Below, one piece after another: positions 1 to 8,062 of a stretch of DNA of 32,000 nucleotides. Position 1 is the first letter of the stretch; every line of letters begins with the position of its first letter. The translations under genes were made by a program, and so were the position numbers. Source of the stretch: Candidatus Poseidoniaceae archaeon (GTDB lineage Archaea > Thermoplasmatota > Poseidoniia > Poseidoniales > Poseidoniaceae); the NCBI GenBank assembly GCA_943789275.1, contig CALSTM010000002.1, positions 746,493 to 778,492 of the forward strand, given 5' to 3'. The notes under the pieces are model-generated. The model searched no databases. It saw only the letters and a program-made list of their open reading frames with translations, and was not told the origin of the DNA.

Positions 1-157
1 TTAAGCAGACTTTTTTTTGCCCAGTAGCGAGCCATTGTTCGAGGTAAAGTGGTTTGATGGAGCCGGCTTTCATTGTAGCCATCACCGCTCCGTGTCCGAC
101 TTGAGCGGCCATTTTCCCTTTACCCATCTTCAATCCTTGATTGACGACACACACCAT
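1..157 (-). CDS. pth2: Peptidyl-tRNA hydrolase, Pth2 type, second tandem copy. Only the N-terminal 52 codons are present; the gene runs off the left edge.
   Basis: Absent from the ORF track (short and edge-truncated). My reverse-strand translation from the ATG at 155-157 is MVCVVNQGLKMGKGKMAAQVGHGAVMATMKAGSIKPLYLEQWLATGQKKVCL, still open at position 2. It carries the Pth2 N-terminal signature (LKM-GKGK-AAQ-xH-AV ... W..GQKKV). It aligns with the neighbouring full-length copy starting from that copy's Met12. Confidence 0.7.
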   Translation of the reverse strand, partial: MVCVVNQGLKMGKGKMAAQVGHGAVMATMKAGSIKPLYLEQWLATGQKKVCL

Positions 158-240
158 TTTACACGGCCCTTTCGGGTTTTGCCCGCTTGGAGAAGGAGCT
201 GTGAGTCGATGTAAAAAAGAACGTAATCCCATCACATCAC

Positions 241-615
241 CTAATACGGTTTCAAGTCCGATACAAGAGCATCAATGGCGCGACGGGGTGCTGGACCAAT
301 ACCGAGGACTGTAATCGTCCCCGGCGGAACTTCAGTGTGACCTGCATCTTTGACAAGCGTCGTCACTAGACCGGCCGCTTGTGCCTGTCCAGCAAGCCGT
401 TGAAGCGTTTCGAGGTCGTCTGCACGTAGGCAAATTTTCCTCGCCCCCCCGTTCTTCCAACGCTCAACAAGTCGGGCATGAGACTTGCGAGCATTCAACG
501 TGCAGGTTACAGCAGCGTGCGAACACTGGACGGCAAGTTTGCCTGCTGACATCTTGAGGTCTTTGCGAGCAATGAGTACCATTGATGGGTCTTCAGCCGT
601 CGATACCATGGCCAT
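241..615 (-). CDS. pth2: Peptidyl-tRNA hydrolase, archaeal/eukaryotic Pth2 type
   Basis: 124-aa ORF. MVLIARKDLKMSAGKLAVQCSHAAV ... VKDAGHTEVPPGTITVLGIGP matches the Pth2 family end to end. In-frame ATGs lie at 615, 609 and 582. Met12 (582) gives the same N-terminal spacing as the paralog at 1-157 and removes a 23-nt overlap with the upstream gene, so the true start may be 582. Confidence 0.9.
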   Translation of the reverse strand: MAMVSTAEDPSMVLIARKDLKMSAGKLAVQCSHAAVTCTLNARKSHARLVERWKNGGARKICLRADDLETLQRLAGQAQAAGLVTTLVKDAGHTEVPPGTITVLGIGPAPRRAIDALVSDLKPY

Positions 616-1252
616 TCACCACCGCAAACTCGATTTCTTCGAGCGATGGTTGCTCTTCAAGAAGATTGGAGAACCAACTGCCCATCCAGACAACAAAGGC
701 AAAATTACCTGCCATATGGAGAAGATCAAACGGTATGCCATGAAGAAGGTAGGTGGCAAATTCGACAAAGCCAATTGTACCGTCAAGTATGGAGAAAGAG
801 ACGATGATGTCAAACCATACCGCCGCTGCAAGCGATGCGAAAATTGCTCTGCGTAGATTGAGGCCCGAGGGTGTTACCAGTGAGAGTTGTGAGCCAGCGA
901 AGGCGACGCTTGCCCAACCGGCTGCTTGGAATACGGTCCACCACCCATCGCCCATGAAGAAATTCGAAATCATAGCGACAAGCACAGCAAATGCTGCCCC
1001 ACGTCGTGCCCCCAATTGAGCACCAACAAGCAAAGCAGCTACCGTAACCGGTTGGATATTTGGCAACGGTTGCATGACGACTCGAATCAAAGAAACCGAC
1101 AAAACAAGCGCTGCTAAGAAGAGCGTGTCCATGACCGGACGCTTCGTTGGCTTTGCCAAAAGCCAAAAGGCAACTCCCAGTAACGCGGCATCCAATACCA
1201 AACTCGCGAATGGAGAAAGTGTGGGGCCGTGAACACCCATTGCTTGGAACAT
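593..1252 (-). CDS. Polytopic membrane protein resembling an ECF-transporter substrate-capture (S) component
   Basis: 219 aa with about six hydrophobic helices and no soluble domain. QPLPNIQPVTVAALLVGAQLG (P-N-x-x-P-V-T after helix 2) and the C-terminal GIPFDLLHMAGNFAF resemble ECF S components and related uncharacterised families. It lies 41 nt downstream of the DUF4430 protein gene. The function call rests on resemblance only. Confidence 0.5.
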   Translation of the reverse strand: MFQAMGVHGPTLSPFASLVLDAALLGVAFWLLAKPTKRPVMDTLFLAALVLSVSLIRVVMQPLPNIQPVTVAALLVGAQLGARRGAAFAVLVAMISNFFMGDGWWTVFQAAGWASVAFAGSQLSLVTPSGLNLRRAIFASLAAAVWFDIIVSFSILDGTIGFVEFATYLLHGIPFDLLHMAGNFAFVVWMGSWFSNLLEEQPSLEEIEFAVVNGHGIDG

Positions 1253-1293
1253 AATTCAACCCAAGAGGGTGGATGATTTGAGGCTTACCTAAG

Positions 1294-2970
1294 TTATACG
1301 GGAGTCCATCGGACTATTGAGGTTGATTCAACCGCCACATTATCGACAGAAACCCGTCCTTTGGAACCGTCGACAAAGTACTCCCATCCATCGCCTTGTA
1401 CGCCGTTGATCGAAGAGATATAGATGCCAATACTCGTTTCTTCCACCGTAAGAGAACTGTTTCTTTCTTCTGCAGCAGCTCTGGTCAAGGTGTACACATT
1501 TTCGTGGCCGACCAATCCTCCAACCGCTGCTTCTTCTCCATCGAATTCAAAAATAACGATTTGAGTGCCAAGCCAAGATTCGGGCCATTCATCATTCCAG
1601 ACTTCTGTTGTTGAAGCAGGAAGGTTCTGGTCAACCGCCTGGGACCACAATTGCGATACGTCGGGAACGATGAGAAGCAAAATCAAAACAGTGAAGAGAC
1701 TCGATGTTCTCAAAAAGAGGTCCCTGTTTCCATTGAGAACAAAGATGGCTGAAGAACCGAGAAACACATAGGCTGCAAAAATGAGGCCCTGAGTTGACCA
1801 ATCAAAATCCTTTGAAAGTTCAGTTTCCTCGGCCTGAGCCAATTGATACAGGTGAAGAACAGATTGGTCGTTACCAAATGCGGTATAATTTACTCCGCCC
1901 GATACGAACCACAGTGGAGCGGCGGTCCCGTAACCGTAGATGCCTACATCGATGAATTCAAACGTCAAATTTTGGCCATCTTCAAAAATAAACGAGCCCC
2001 AGTTGGAATCGGGAGTATTGGATGGAGCGATGATTTGACCGTCGTGATGCCAACCAATTTCACCGTTCGTGTGGAACGGTATTTGGCTTTCAACCGAACA
2101 CGTATCGTTACAACTTAGCATTCTTAGATTTTCTGAATCTGCTACCACCACATATTGCCCTTGCAAAGAGGGGAGAGCTGGAGAGGGTCCTGCGAGAAAT
2201 TGTTGCCGTTGTTGACCGCTTTCAGGGTCGAGAATAAAGATTGTACTGTCCATAGGAGATTGGACATGAACAAGCAGTCCCGCAGAAGTAAGGAGGGGAG
2301 CGTGACGTATTTTTCCCTGGAAGCTTGCCAGAGCCGTCGCATTTCCGTTAGCGTGAACCTGCCATAACGTACCAAGTTCATCTCCAGAATACATGGAGTC
2401 GCCGTAAATACTCACGCCGTTCCTCCAACCAAGGCCTGTTTCGACCCACCAATCTTGCGAACCATCTGCAAGGCAGAATTGTCCAATGCCTCGCCGCGTC
2501 GGATAGATAACGTGGTCTTGCGAAACGCTTGCAGCGCCGGTGATGCCCCAGCCTGCAACTTCAGTTTGAGCAGTCCAGTACACACTTCCGTTGCTCGGAT
2601 GTAAAGCATTGATGACGCCATCGGTCCAACCGACAAGGAGAAGATCCGGCCAGGCTCCACATGCTCCCTCGCCAGATTTCACCGGCAACAACGGTGACAT
2701 GTCGTTGTTTTTGGAATGAACATTGGAGTATTTCCACGCTAAAGTCCCGTCAAGTTCCAAAGCAGTAACCGACGGTTCTGAATGTCCAGAAGTGCGAACG
2801 ATAATTTTCTCATCGACGAAAATCGGTGATGTGGAAATATATCCTGCTCCAAAATCATATTCCCAAGCCCGTGAATTTTCTTGGTTCCAAGACGATTCAA
2901 CCGCATCGGCGGTGACGAGTGGCAACAGCATGATGCTGAGGAAAAGGAACGCTATCAAGCGCTGAATCAT
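1294..2970 (-). CDS. Exported PQQ-like beta-propeller protein with two TM helices and a C-terminal DUF4430 (transcobalamin-like C-terminal) domain
   Basis: Signal peptide MIQRLIAFLFLSIMLLPLVTADA. Repeated propeller-blade motifs follow (DGTLAWKY, NGSVYWTAQ, DGSQDWWVE, GTLWQV). There are two TM segments (GLIFAAYVFLGSSAIFVL and LFTVLILLLIVP). The C-terminus, IVIFEFDGEE..VYTLTRAAAEE..GIYISSINGVQGDGWEYFVDGSKGRVSVDNVAVESTSIVRW, fits the DUF4430 pattern (g.fv.sIng....gW.y.vng......v.dgd.i.W). The ORF track starts at GTG 2979, which overlaps the gatE stop; the first ATG is at 2970. Confidence 0.75.
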   Translation of the reverse strand: MIQRLIAFLFLSIMLLPLVTADAVESSWNQENSRAWEYDFGAGYISTSPIFVDEKIIVRTSGHSEPSVTALELDGTLAWKYSNVHSKNNDMSPLLPVKSGEGACGAWPDLLLVGWTDGVINALHPSNGSVYWTAQTEVAGWGITGAASVSQDHVIYPTRRGIGQFCLADGSQDWWVETGLGWRNGVSIYGDSMYSGDELGTLWQVHANGNATALASFQGKIRHAPLLTSAGLLVHVQSPMDSTIFILDPESGQQRQQFLAGPSPALPSLQGQYVVVADSENLRMLSCNDTCSVESQIPFHTNGEIGWHHDGQIIAPSNTPDSNWGSFIFEDGQNLTFEFIDVGIYGYGTAAPLWFVSGGVNYTAFGNDQSVLHLYQLAQAEETELSKDFDWSTQGLIFAAYVFLGSSAIFVLNGNRDLFLRTSSLFTVLILLLIVPDVSQLWSQAVDQNLPASTTEVWNDEWPESWLGTQIVIFEFDGEEAAVGGLVGHENVYTLTRAAAEERNSSLTVEETSIGIYISSINGVQGDGWEYFVDGSKGRVSVDNVAVESTSIVRWTPV

Positions 2971-2975
2971 GACAA

Positions 2976-5006
2976 TCACTCCGAGAGGTTTTGAATCGCT
3001 TGGCGAAGAAGGGCGCTGACGACTTTCCCATCTGCTGCCCCAACTGCTTGCATCACCACGCCCATAAGAGGACCCATAGCACCCATTCCACGCTCTTTGA
3101 CAAAGTCTGCTCGTTCAGCCACAATTCCTTCGATAATGGCGCCTAAGTCCCCGGCATCCGCTGGTTTGAAGCCGTTTGCTTCACCGAAGTCAGCGATCTC
3201 TTGATTGCTTGGTGAAGCACCAGCAAAGTGTTCAATGATGTCGTTCATTGATTCCCGTGTGAGGAGCCCTTCTTCTTTGACTGCCAGTACTTTAGCACAT
3301 AATTCTGGGTCAGCAGTATCGTTCTCTAAAACTACGCTTGCCCAACCCTTGTGGGGTAAACCGTTGGCATGGTCGACAAAGATGTCGTCCAATTCACGTG
3401 CAAGCAACTGACTTGCTTGGTCGCCTGAAACTTCAAACTTCGATAATCGTTCACGGCGTTCATCGTCTGTCATCGGTAAGGATTCAAGAATTTCTTGCCA
3501 ACGTTGATCTGTTAGGGAGAAGACTGGGACGTCGGTCTCTGGATACATTCGAGCCCCTCCCGGCAATGGACGCATCGGGGAGGTAGTGCCGTCCTCAGGT
3601 GCACCCTTTTTGACAACCACATTTCGGACTTCCTGTGCAGTTCTATGCCATGCTTTTCGAGCTCTGGTCAAGACGCTCTCAAGTGCAAGTTCTGCTTGCC
3701 ACTGTGGGGCAAGACAGAGAATGAAACCGTCTGCGGGAGAAAGTGAGAGGTGTTGACGAACCAAATCGACGTGTTCTGTTTCAATGCCATACGCTGGTAG
3801 TTCGTCCGAGTGAAAAACACCTTTGACGCCAGCAAGTTTCGCAGCACCCGCTAATTCTCGGCCAAGCCTTGGCATCTGTGCGCCTTCCTTATCCAATGTT
3901 TTAGAGCCGATTTTTCCGGCAAGGCCAGCAAGAGGTAAAGCGAGCATGGTGAATCCATTGGCTAAGCCGGTCTTGACCATTTTTGATTCGCATGAGGTAA
4001 AGCACTCGCTGGTATCTTCCAAAACAAGAGGGAGATGTGCTGCAACGGCCTTGGCGACCTCCGTTTCGACCACTGAATCATCGCTTCGGCGGTCGGGAGG
4101 AAGCGCTGGCAAGGACAAATCGCTGCGCAATTGGTTGGCCAGTCTGTAGAAGTGGAGTTGCCGGGACATTTCCAGACGGATAATTCGCGGAATCCATGAA
4201 AGATCTTGACAACCTTTGATTTCAACACGGTCGCCGCATGCTAAAGAGACGTTCAGGTCTTGACGAATACTACCGAGTCCGCGACGAACTCTACGCGTCT
4301 GTCGTAGACAGCGTCCAAGCGCCATCGATGTTTCCTTTGCATGCTCTGGAGATACGACATCTGGAGATGTTGCAATTTCAATCAAAGGCAAACCAAGTCG
4401 GTCGAGGTTGTAGATGACTTGTTCTCCATTTGAAGTCGACAACGTATCGAGTTTACGAGCACTGTCTTCTTCTAAGCACAAGACATCGACCCCAACTGGA
4501 CCTGTTTCGGTTTCAAGAACCCCGTCGACTGAAATGAGCGAGGTTCTTTGAAATCCACTGGTGTTTGAGCCATCGACGACAGTCTTACGCATCGTTTGTA
4601 GCAGTGAAACAGGTTTCGCTTTAAGCAATGCCGAAACCGTGAGGGCGATTTCAACAGCATCTCTGTCGTGCGGTAGGGGTGGTTGCTCATCCAACTCGAT
4701 TAATCCAGAATTTGGCGATTGAACGTAAACAAATGAACGGTTTCGGCGAGATTCAAAACGAGCAGCAATATCGATTGCGCCACCCTCGCCACGAGCCGCT
4801 CGCAAGCGTCGCTGGAAGCGAGTCCACTGCTCTGGTACGGTGTCAATGGTGACGTCGTAAAGTACGCCAGGTTGGCGGGAATGAAGTTTGCCGGTCGCAA
4901 GTTGTTGGTGAACCTCAATACCACACATGAAGCCTAATTCTGATGGATTGAGCGCATTGGCATCCTCGACATCACCGACTGGTTCTGTGCGAATTGGGCC
5001 GGCCAT
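2976..5006 (-). CDS. gatE: Glutamyl-tRNA(Gln) amidotransferase subunit E (archaeal GatE)
   Basis: 676 aa. The N-terminal GIEVHQQLATGKL core is GatB/E-like, the large internal insertion is typical of GatE, and the C-terminal YqeY/GatB-type tail reads GAMGPLMGVVMQAVGAADGKVVSALLRQ. The length excludes GatB. No gatD lies in this window. Confidence 0.85.
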   Translation of the reverse strand: MAGPIRTEPVGDVEDANALNPSELGFMCGIEVHQQLATGKLHSRQPGVLYDVTIDTVPEQWTRFQRRLRAARGEGGAIDIAARFESRRNRSFVYVQSPNSGLIELDEQPPLPHDRDAVEIALTVSALLKAKPVSLLQTMRKTVVDGSNTSGFQRTSLISVDGVLETETGPVGVDVLCLEEDSARKLDTLSTSNGEQVIYNLDRLGLPLIEIATSPDVVSPEHAKETSMALGRCLRQTRRVRRGLGSIRQDLNVSLACGDRVEIKGCQDLSWIPRIIRLEMSRQLHFYRLANQLRSDLSLPALPPDRRSDDSVVETEVAKAVAAHLPLVLEDTSECFTSCESKMVKTGLANGFTMLALPLAGLAGKIGSKTLDKEGAQMPRLGRELAGAAKLAGVKGVFHSDELPAYGIETEHVDLVRQHLSLSPADGFILCLAPQWQAELALESVLTRARKAWHRTAQEVRNVVVKKGAPEDGTTSPMRPLPGGARMYPETDVPVFSLTDQRWQEILESLPMTDDERRERLSKFEVSGDQASQLLARELDDIFVDHANGLPHKGWASVVLENDTADPELCAKVLAVKEEGLLTRESMNDIIEHFAGASPSNQEIADFGEANGFKPADAGDLGAIIEGIVAERADFVKERGMGAMGPLMGVVMQAVGAADGKVVSALLRQAIQNLSE

Positions 5007-5075
5007 GCTTCAGCGGAGGCGTTCATCCTTCAAGACTACAACCCTTCACTTGGCACGAAGCATCAGTTTGAAATC

Positions 5076-8042
5076 TCAGTCAACTCGGGTTCGACCTACA
5101 AATGCCGATGCAGAGAGTATGCCCAACATGGTAAGAGCGACACTAAGGCTCGGGAGAGAATCCGCATCGGGTTCAATGGGTTCAGGTTCCACGACGAGGT
5201 TTTCCTCGCATGGAATCCAGTGACCGTCAATTCCTGGCTCTCCAGCTCCGGTAATTCCACCGGCTTCAGAGATGTAAAGCAATCCAGAATTTGCTGGCCA
5301 TTCGACGACATAGTTGCCAGAATAGAAGGAGATCGTATCATCCCATACGGGCTGTCCATTTGCCACCCATGTGGTCTTACAAGGGCAAGCATATGGCGTC
5401 CAAAATTCGTAGGCTTGGTCTTCGCCAGGTGCAGTTGAGACCATACCATTTGGATCAACTTGAGTCACCTGATAATACATGCCTGAGTTGGCTGGATATT
5501 GGTAAATATCACCAACAGAAACCATAGTTGTACTGTTCCAAACACCTGAGGTAGTAATTCCTTCACAAGGCCCTGGACTTGGACCGGTTCCATCACAGAG
5601 AACCCAGTGTGTATCAACACCTGGTTCTCCTGCGCCAATGCTCACACCTAATGATTCCAAAGGTATGTACAAATTACCAGAACCTGCAGGATGTTCGACA
5701 ACATAGTTTCCTGCATAAGCAGTATTGGCAACCCATGCAGGTTGTCCGTTTGCTACCCAAGTTTCCTTACATGGACAGTCAATTGGTGACCAAACATCCA
5801 TATCGATATCTGGGGCACTTACATTCCAGAATGGACTCCCAGCATTGACTTGGTAATAGATTCCCGAATCGACAGGGTATTCGTAAATTTCACCGGAAGT
5901 GACGTTCATAGAAGAATCCCAAACGCCTACAACATTGAGACCGGCACACGGATTTCCTGAAGGTTCTTGGCCATCACAGAGAACCCAGTGTGTATCAACA
6001 CCTGGTTCTCCTGCGCCAATGCTCACACCTAATGATTCCAAAGGCATGTACAAATTACCAGAACCTGCAGGATGTTCGACAACATAGTTTCCTGGGTAAG
6101 CAGTATTCGCCATCCATGCAGGTTGTCCGTTTGCTACCCAAGTTTCTTTGCATGGGCAGTCAATTGGTGACCAGACATCCATATCGATATCTGGGGCACT
6201 TACATTCCAGAAAGGACTTCCGGCATTGACTTGGTAATAGGTTCCCGAATTAACAGGGTATTCGTAAATTTCACCGGATGTAACGTTCATTGAAGAATCC
6301 CAAACGCCAACTATGGTGAGACCGGCACACGGAGTTCCATTTGCCGGTTCATCTGACTCGCTGCAGAGAATCCAATGGATATCAATTCCCGGTTCGCCGC
6401 CATTAGCGGAGATTCCTGTTGCGTCTGTTGTGACATAAAGATGCCCGGAGCCTGCAGGCCATTCAACCACGTCGCTTCCTAAGTAGGATGTATTTGCTGT
6501 CCATACCGGCTCTCCGTTGTCCATCCATGTTTCTTCACATGGGCAATCAACTGGAGCCCAAACATCCAAATCGATGAGAGGAGAAGAAACGTCTTGGTCT
6601 ACATATCCCTGGATTACAACTTCGTAATAATTCTGTGAACCTGCTGGATACTCGTATACTTCACCGGTTGAAACTCTACTTATATCGTCCCATACGCCTG
6701 CTGAGGTTGTGCCACCACAAGGGCCGCCTGTGGGTTGTTCTCCACCACAAACCTCCCATTGATTGCCGTCAGCAAACGCTTGGTCTGGAGTCACACCTGT
6801 GGTGGTTTGGCTAACAATCGCCATCCAAATATCGCCTGTTCCTGCTGGATACTCGACAAGAGCACCAACAGTGTAAACTGTGTTCGAATCCCATACTGGA
6901 TTCAAGGCTGCTTCCCAAATGTCTTTACAACTGCAACTATCTTTCGACCATGATTGGAAATCAGAACCTGGTGCTCCGACTGTTTGGTTGGAAAATCCAG
7001 GGGCTACTGCATGGAAGACTCCGGAACCTGCTGGGAATTCGTAAATCTCCCCTGTTGTAACAAGGGTAGAGTTCATCCAAGGCATACCTCCGTAGCCATT
7101 CAAATCTTCACAGAGATTACCGCTTGGCTGTAGTCCATCACAACTTCTCCATAGATAGTCATCAGAGCCACCTGGTTCAACTCCGGCACCATGATCGTAT
7201 GAGATGTAGAGGTTATTGGATCCTGCAGGCCATTCGACGACTGCCTGTTGAAGATAATTCATTGTCGAATCCCACACAGGTTGTCCGCTGTCATGCCAGA
7301 TGTCTTTACAATCACAATAGTCTTCTTCCCATGCATCTAAATCGACACCCGGTTCTCCTACTGTTTGATTATTGACAGTGGAGGAAGATACCATATAGAA
7401 ATTACCTGAATTTGCTGGGAATTCATAGATGTCTCCTGACGACACTAATGTTGTATTCCCCCATACACTCGGAGCCATTCCAATCAATTCATCACATGAT
7501 GAAGAATCTTCATGAGTGCACTGAACCCAAAGGTCATTGCCTACAAATGGTTCTGCTTGTGGTTCACCTGCAACGGTTCCGGCATCCTGTGCAATCCAAA
7601 CACTACCGTTGTGTTCAACGATTTGCCATGCACTGTAAGAGAAATTATAATTCCATTGTATCCCGCTTTCTTCAGCAATTTCTAAACATGAGCAAGGTCC
7701 TCTCCATTTGCTATTTGGAGTTGGTTCTCCTGTTATGCTGCTGGTGGTGCTTTGCCAAAATTGGCCTGAGTTTGCTGGCCATTCGACAATGTCATCGGCC
7801 GCATAGGTACTCGCGTTGTCCCATAAAGGACCGCCCATCCCGTCGCTGATACCTATGAAATTACAATTTGACACAGTGGAATTATTTCCATTCATTCCAT
7901 TGCTTTGCCGTCCTGCAAAGTTTACATTTTCATCGGTATTTTCTTCAAAACCGTTGTTCTTATCTTCAAATATATCAATTCCTGAAAGAGAGACTTGTAA
8001 AGTAAGTAAAGCCACAACCATCAAACATATCGCATTCCGCAT
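5076..8042 (-). CDS. Large exported modular repeat protein (putative adhesin) with CxC plus aromatic CBM5/12-like repeats and a C-terminal TM anchor
   Basis: 988 aa. N-terminal signal/anchor MRNAICLMVVALLTLQVSLSG. It has seven to eight modules of about 127 aa. Each contains GEIYE(F/Y)PAGSG.(F/Y)Y and C-x-C-K-(D/E)-(I/T)-W-x4-G-x-P-(V/A)-W-x3-T-x-Y-x4-VVE(W/H)PAGSG.LY. The W...Y..G..V.(Y/W)P...(Y/W) spacing resembles carbohydrate-binding module 5/12. The C-terminus is EPEPIEPDADSLPSLSVALTMLGILSASAFVGRTRVD (TM plus basic tail). Confidence 0.85.
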   Translation of the reverse strand: MRNAICLMVVALLTLQVSLSGIDIFEDKNNGFEENTDENVNFAGRQSNGMNGNNSTVSNCNFIGISDGMGGPLWDNASTYAADDIVEWPANSGQFWQSTTSSITGEPTPNSKWRGPCSCLEIAEESGIQWNYNFSYSAWQIVEHNGSVWIAQDAGTVAGEPQAEPFVGNDLWVQCTHEDSSSCDELIGMAPSVWGNTTLVSSGDIYEFPANSGNFYMVSSSTVNNQTVGEPGVDLDAWEEDYCDCKDIWHDSGQPVWDSTMNYLQQAVVEWPAGSNNLYISYDHGAGVEPGGSDDYLWRSCDGLQPSGNLCEDLNGYGGMPWMNSTLVTTGEIYEFPAGSGVFHAVAPGFSNQTVGAPGSDFQSWSKDSCSCKDIWEAALNPVWDSNTVYTVGALVEYPAGTGDIWMAIVSQTTTGVTPDQAFADGNQWEVCGGEQPTGGPCGGTTSAGVWDDISRVSTGEVYEYPAGSQNYYEVVIQGYVDQDVSSPLIDLDVWAPVDCPCEETWMDNGEPVWTANTSYLGSDVVEWPAGSGHLYVTTDATGISANGGEPGIDIHWILCSESDEPANGTPCAGLTIVGVWDSSMNVTSGEIYEYPVNSGTYYQVNAGSPFWNVSAPDIDMDVWSPIDCPCKETWVANGQPAWMANTAYPGNYVVEHPAGSGNLYMPLESLGVSIGAGEPGVDTHWVLCDGQEPSGNPCAGLNVVGVWDSSMNVTSGEIYEYPVDSGIYYQVNAGSPFWNVSAPDIDMDVWSPIDCPCKETWVANGQPAWVANTAYAGNYVVEHPAGSGNLYIPLESLGVSIGAGEPGVDTHWVLCDGTGPSPGPCEGITTSGVWNSTTMVSVGDIYQYPANSGMYYQVTQVDPNGMVSTAPGEDQAYEFWTPYACPCKTTWVANGQPVWDDTISFYSGNYVVEWPANSGLLYISEAGGITGAGEPGIDGHWIPCEENLVVEPEPIEPDADSLPSLSVALTMLGILSASAFVGRTRVD
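5568..6329. repeat. Near-identical tandem duplication, 2 x 381 bp (127 codons), inside the adhesin gene
   Basis: Protein residues 572-698 and 699-825 align without gaps at 116/127 identical by my hand alignment (CAGLTIVGVWDSSMNVTSGEIYEYPVNSG... versus CAGLNVVGVWDSSMNVTSGEIYEYPVDSG...). The antisense ORFs 5579-5848 and 5990-6229 show the same near-identity, so it holds at the DNA level. Copy boundaries are 5568-5948 and 5949-6329. Confidence 0.9.
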
Positions 8043-8062
8043 GGCTTCTACTCATTAGACCG

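Noticed and set aside
17-214. 65-aa plus-strand ORF (TTG start) at the left edge
   Set aside because: It lies antisense to a clear Pth2-family N-terminus on the minus strand (ATG at 157). It has no recognisable features and a Ser/His/Phe-rich shadow-frame composition.
485-1259. Cluster of overlapping alternative-frame ORFs (485-856 +, 616-831 -, 753-1019 +, 810-1259 -, 926-1117 +)
   Set aside because: All overlap the 219-aa membrane-protein ORF or pth2. Their translations are Arg/Ser/Cys-rich with no domain signal. The membrane protein frame has coherent TM helices.
5579-6229. Two plus-strand ORFs (5579-5848 and 5990-6229) encoding nearly identical peptides
   Set aside because: Their similarity simply mirrors the 381-bp tandem duplication of the minus-strand adhesin gene. 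They are antisense shadows, not a duplicated small gene.
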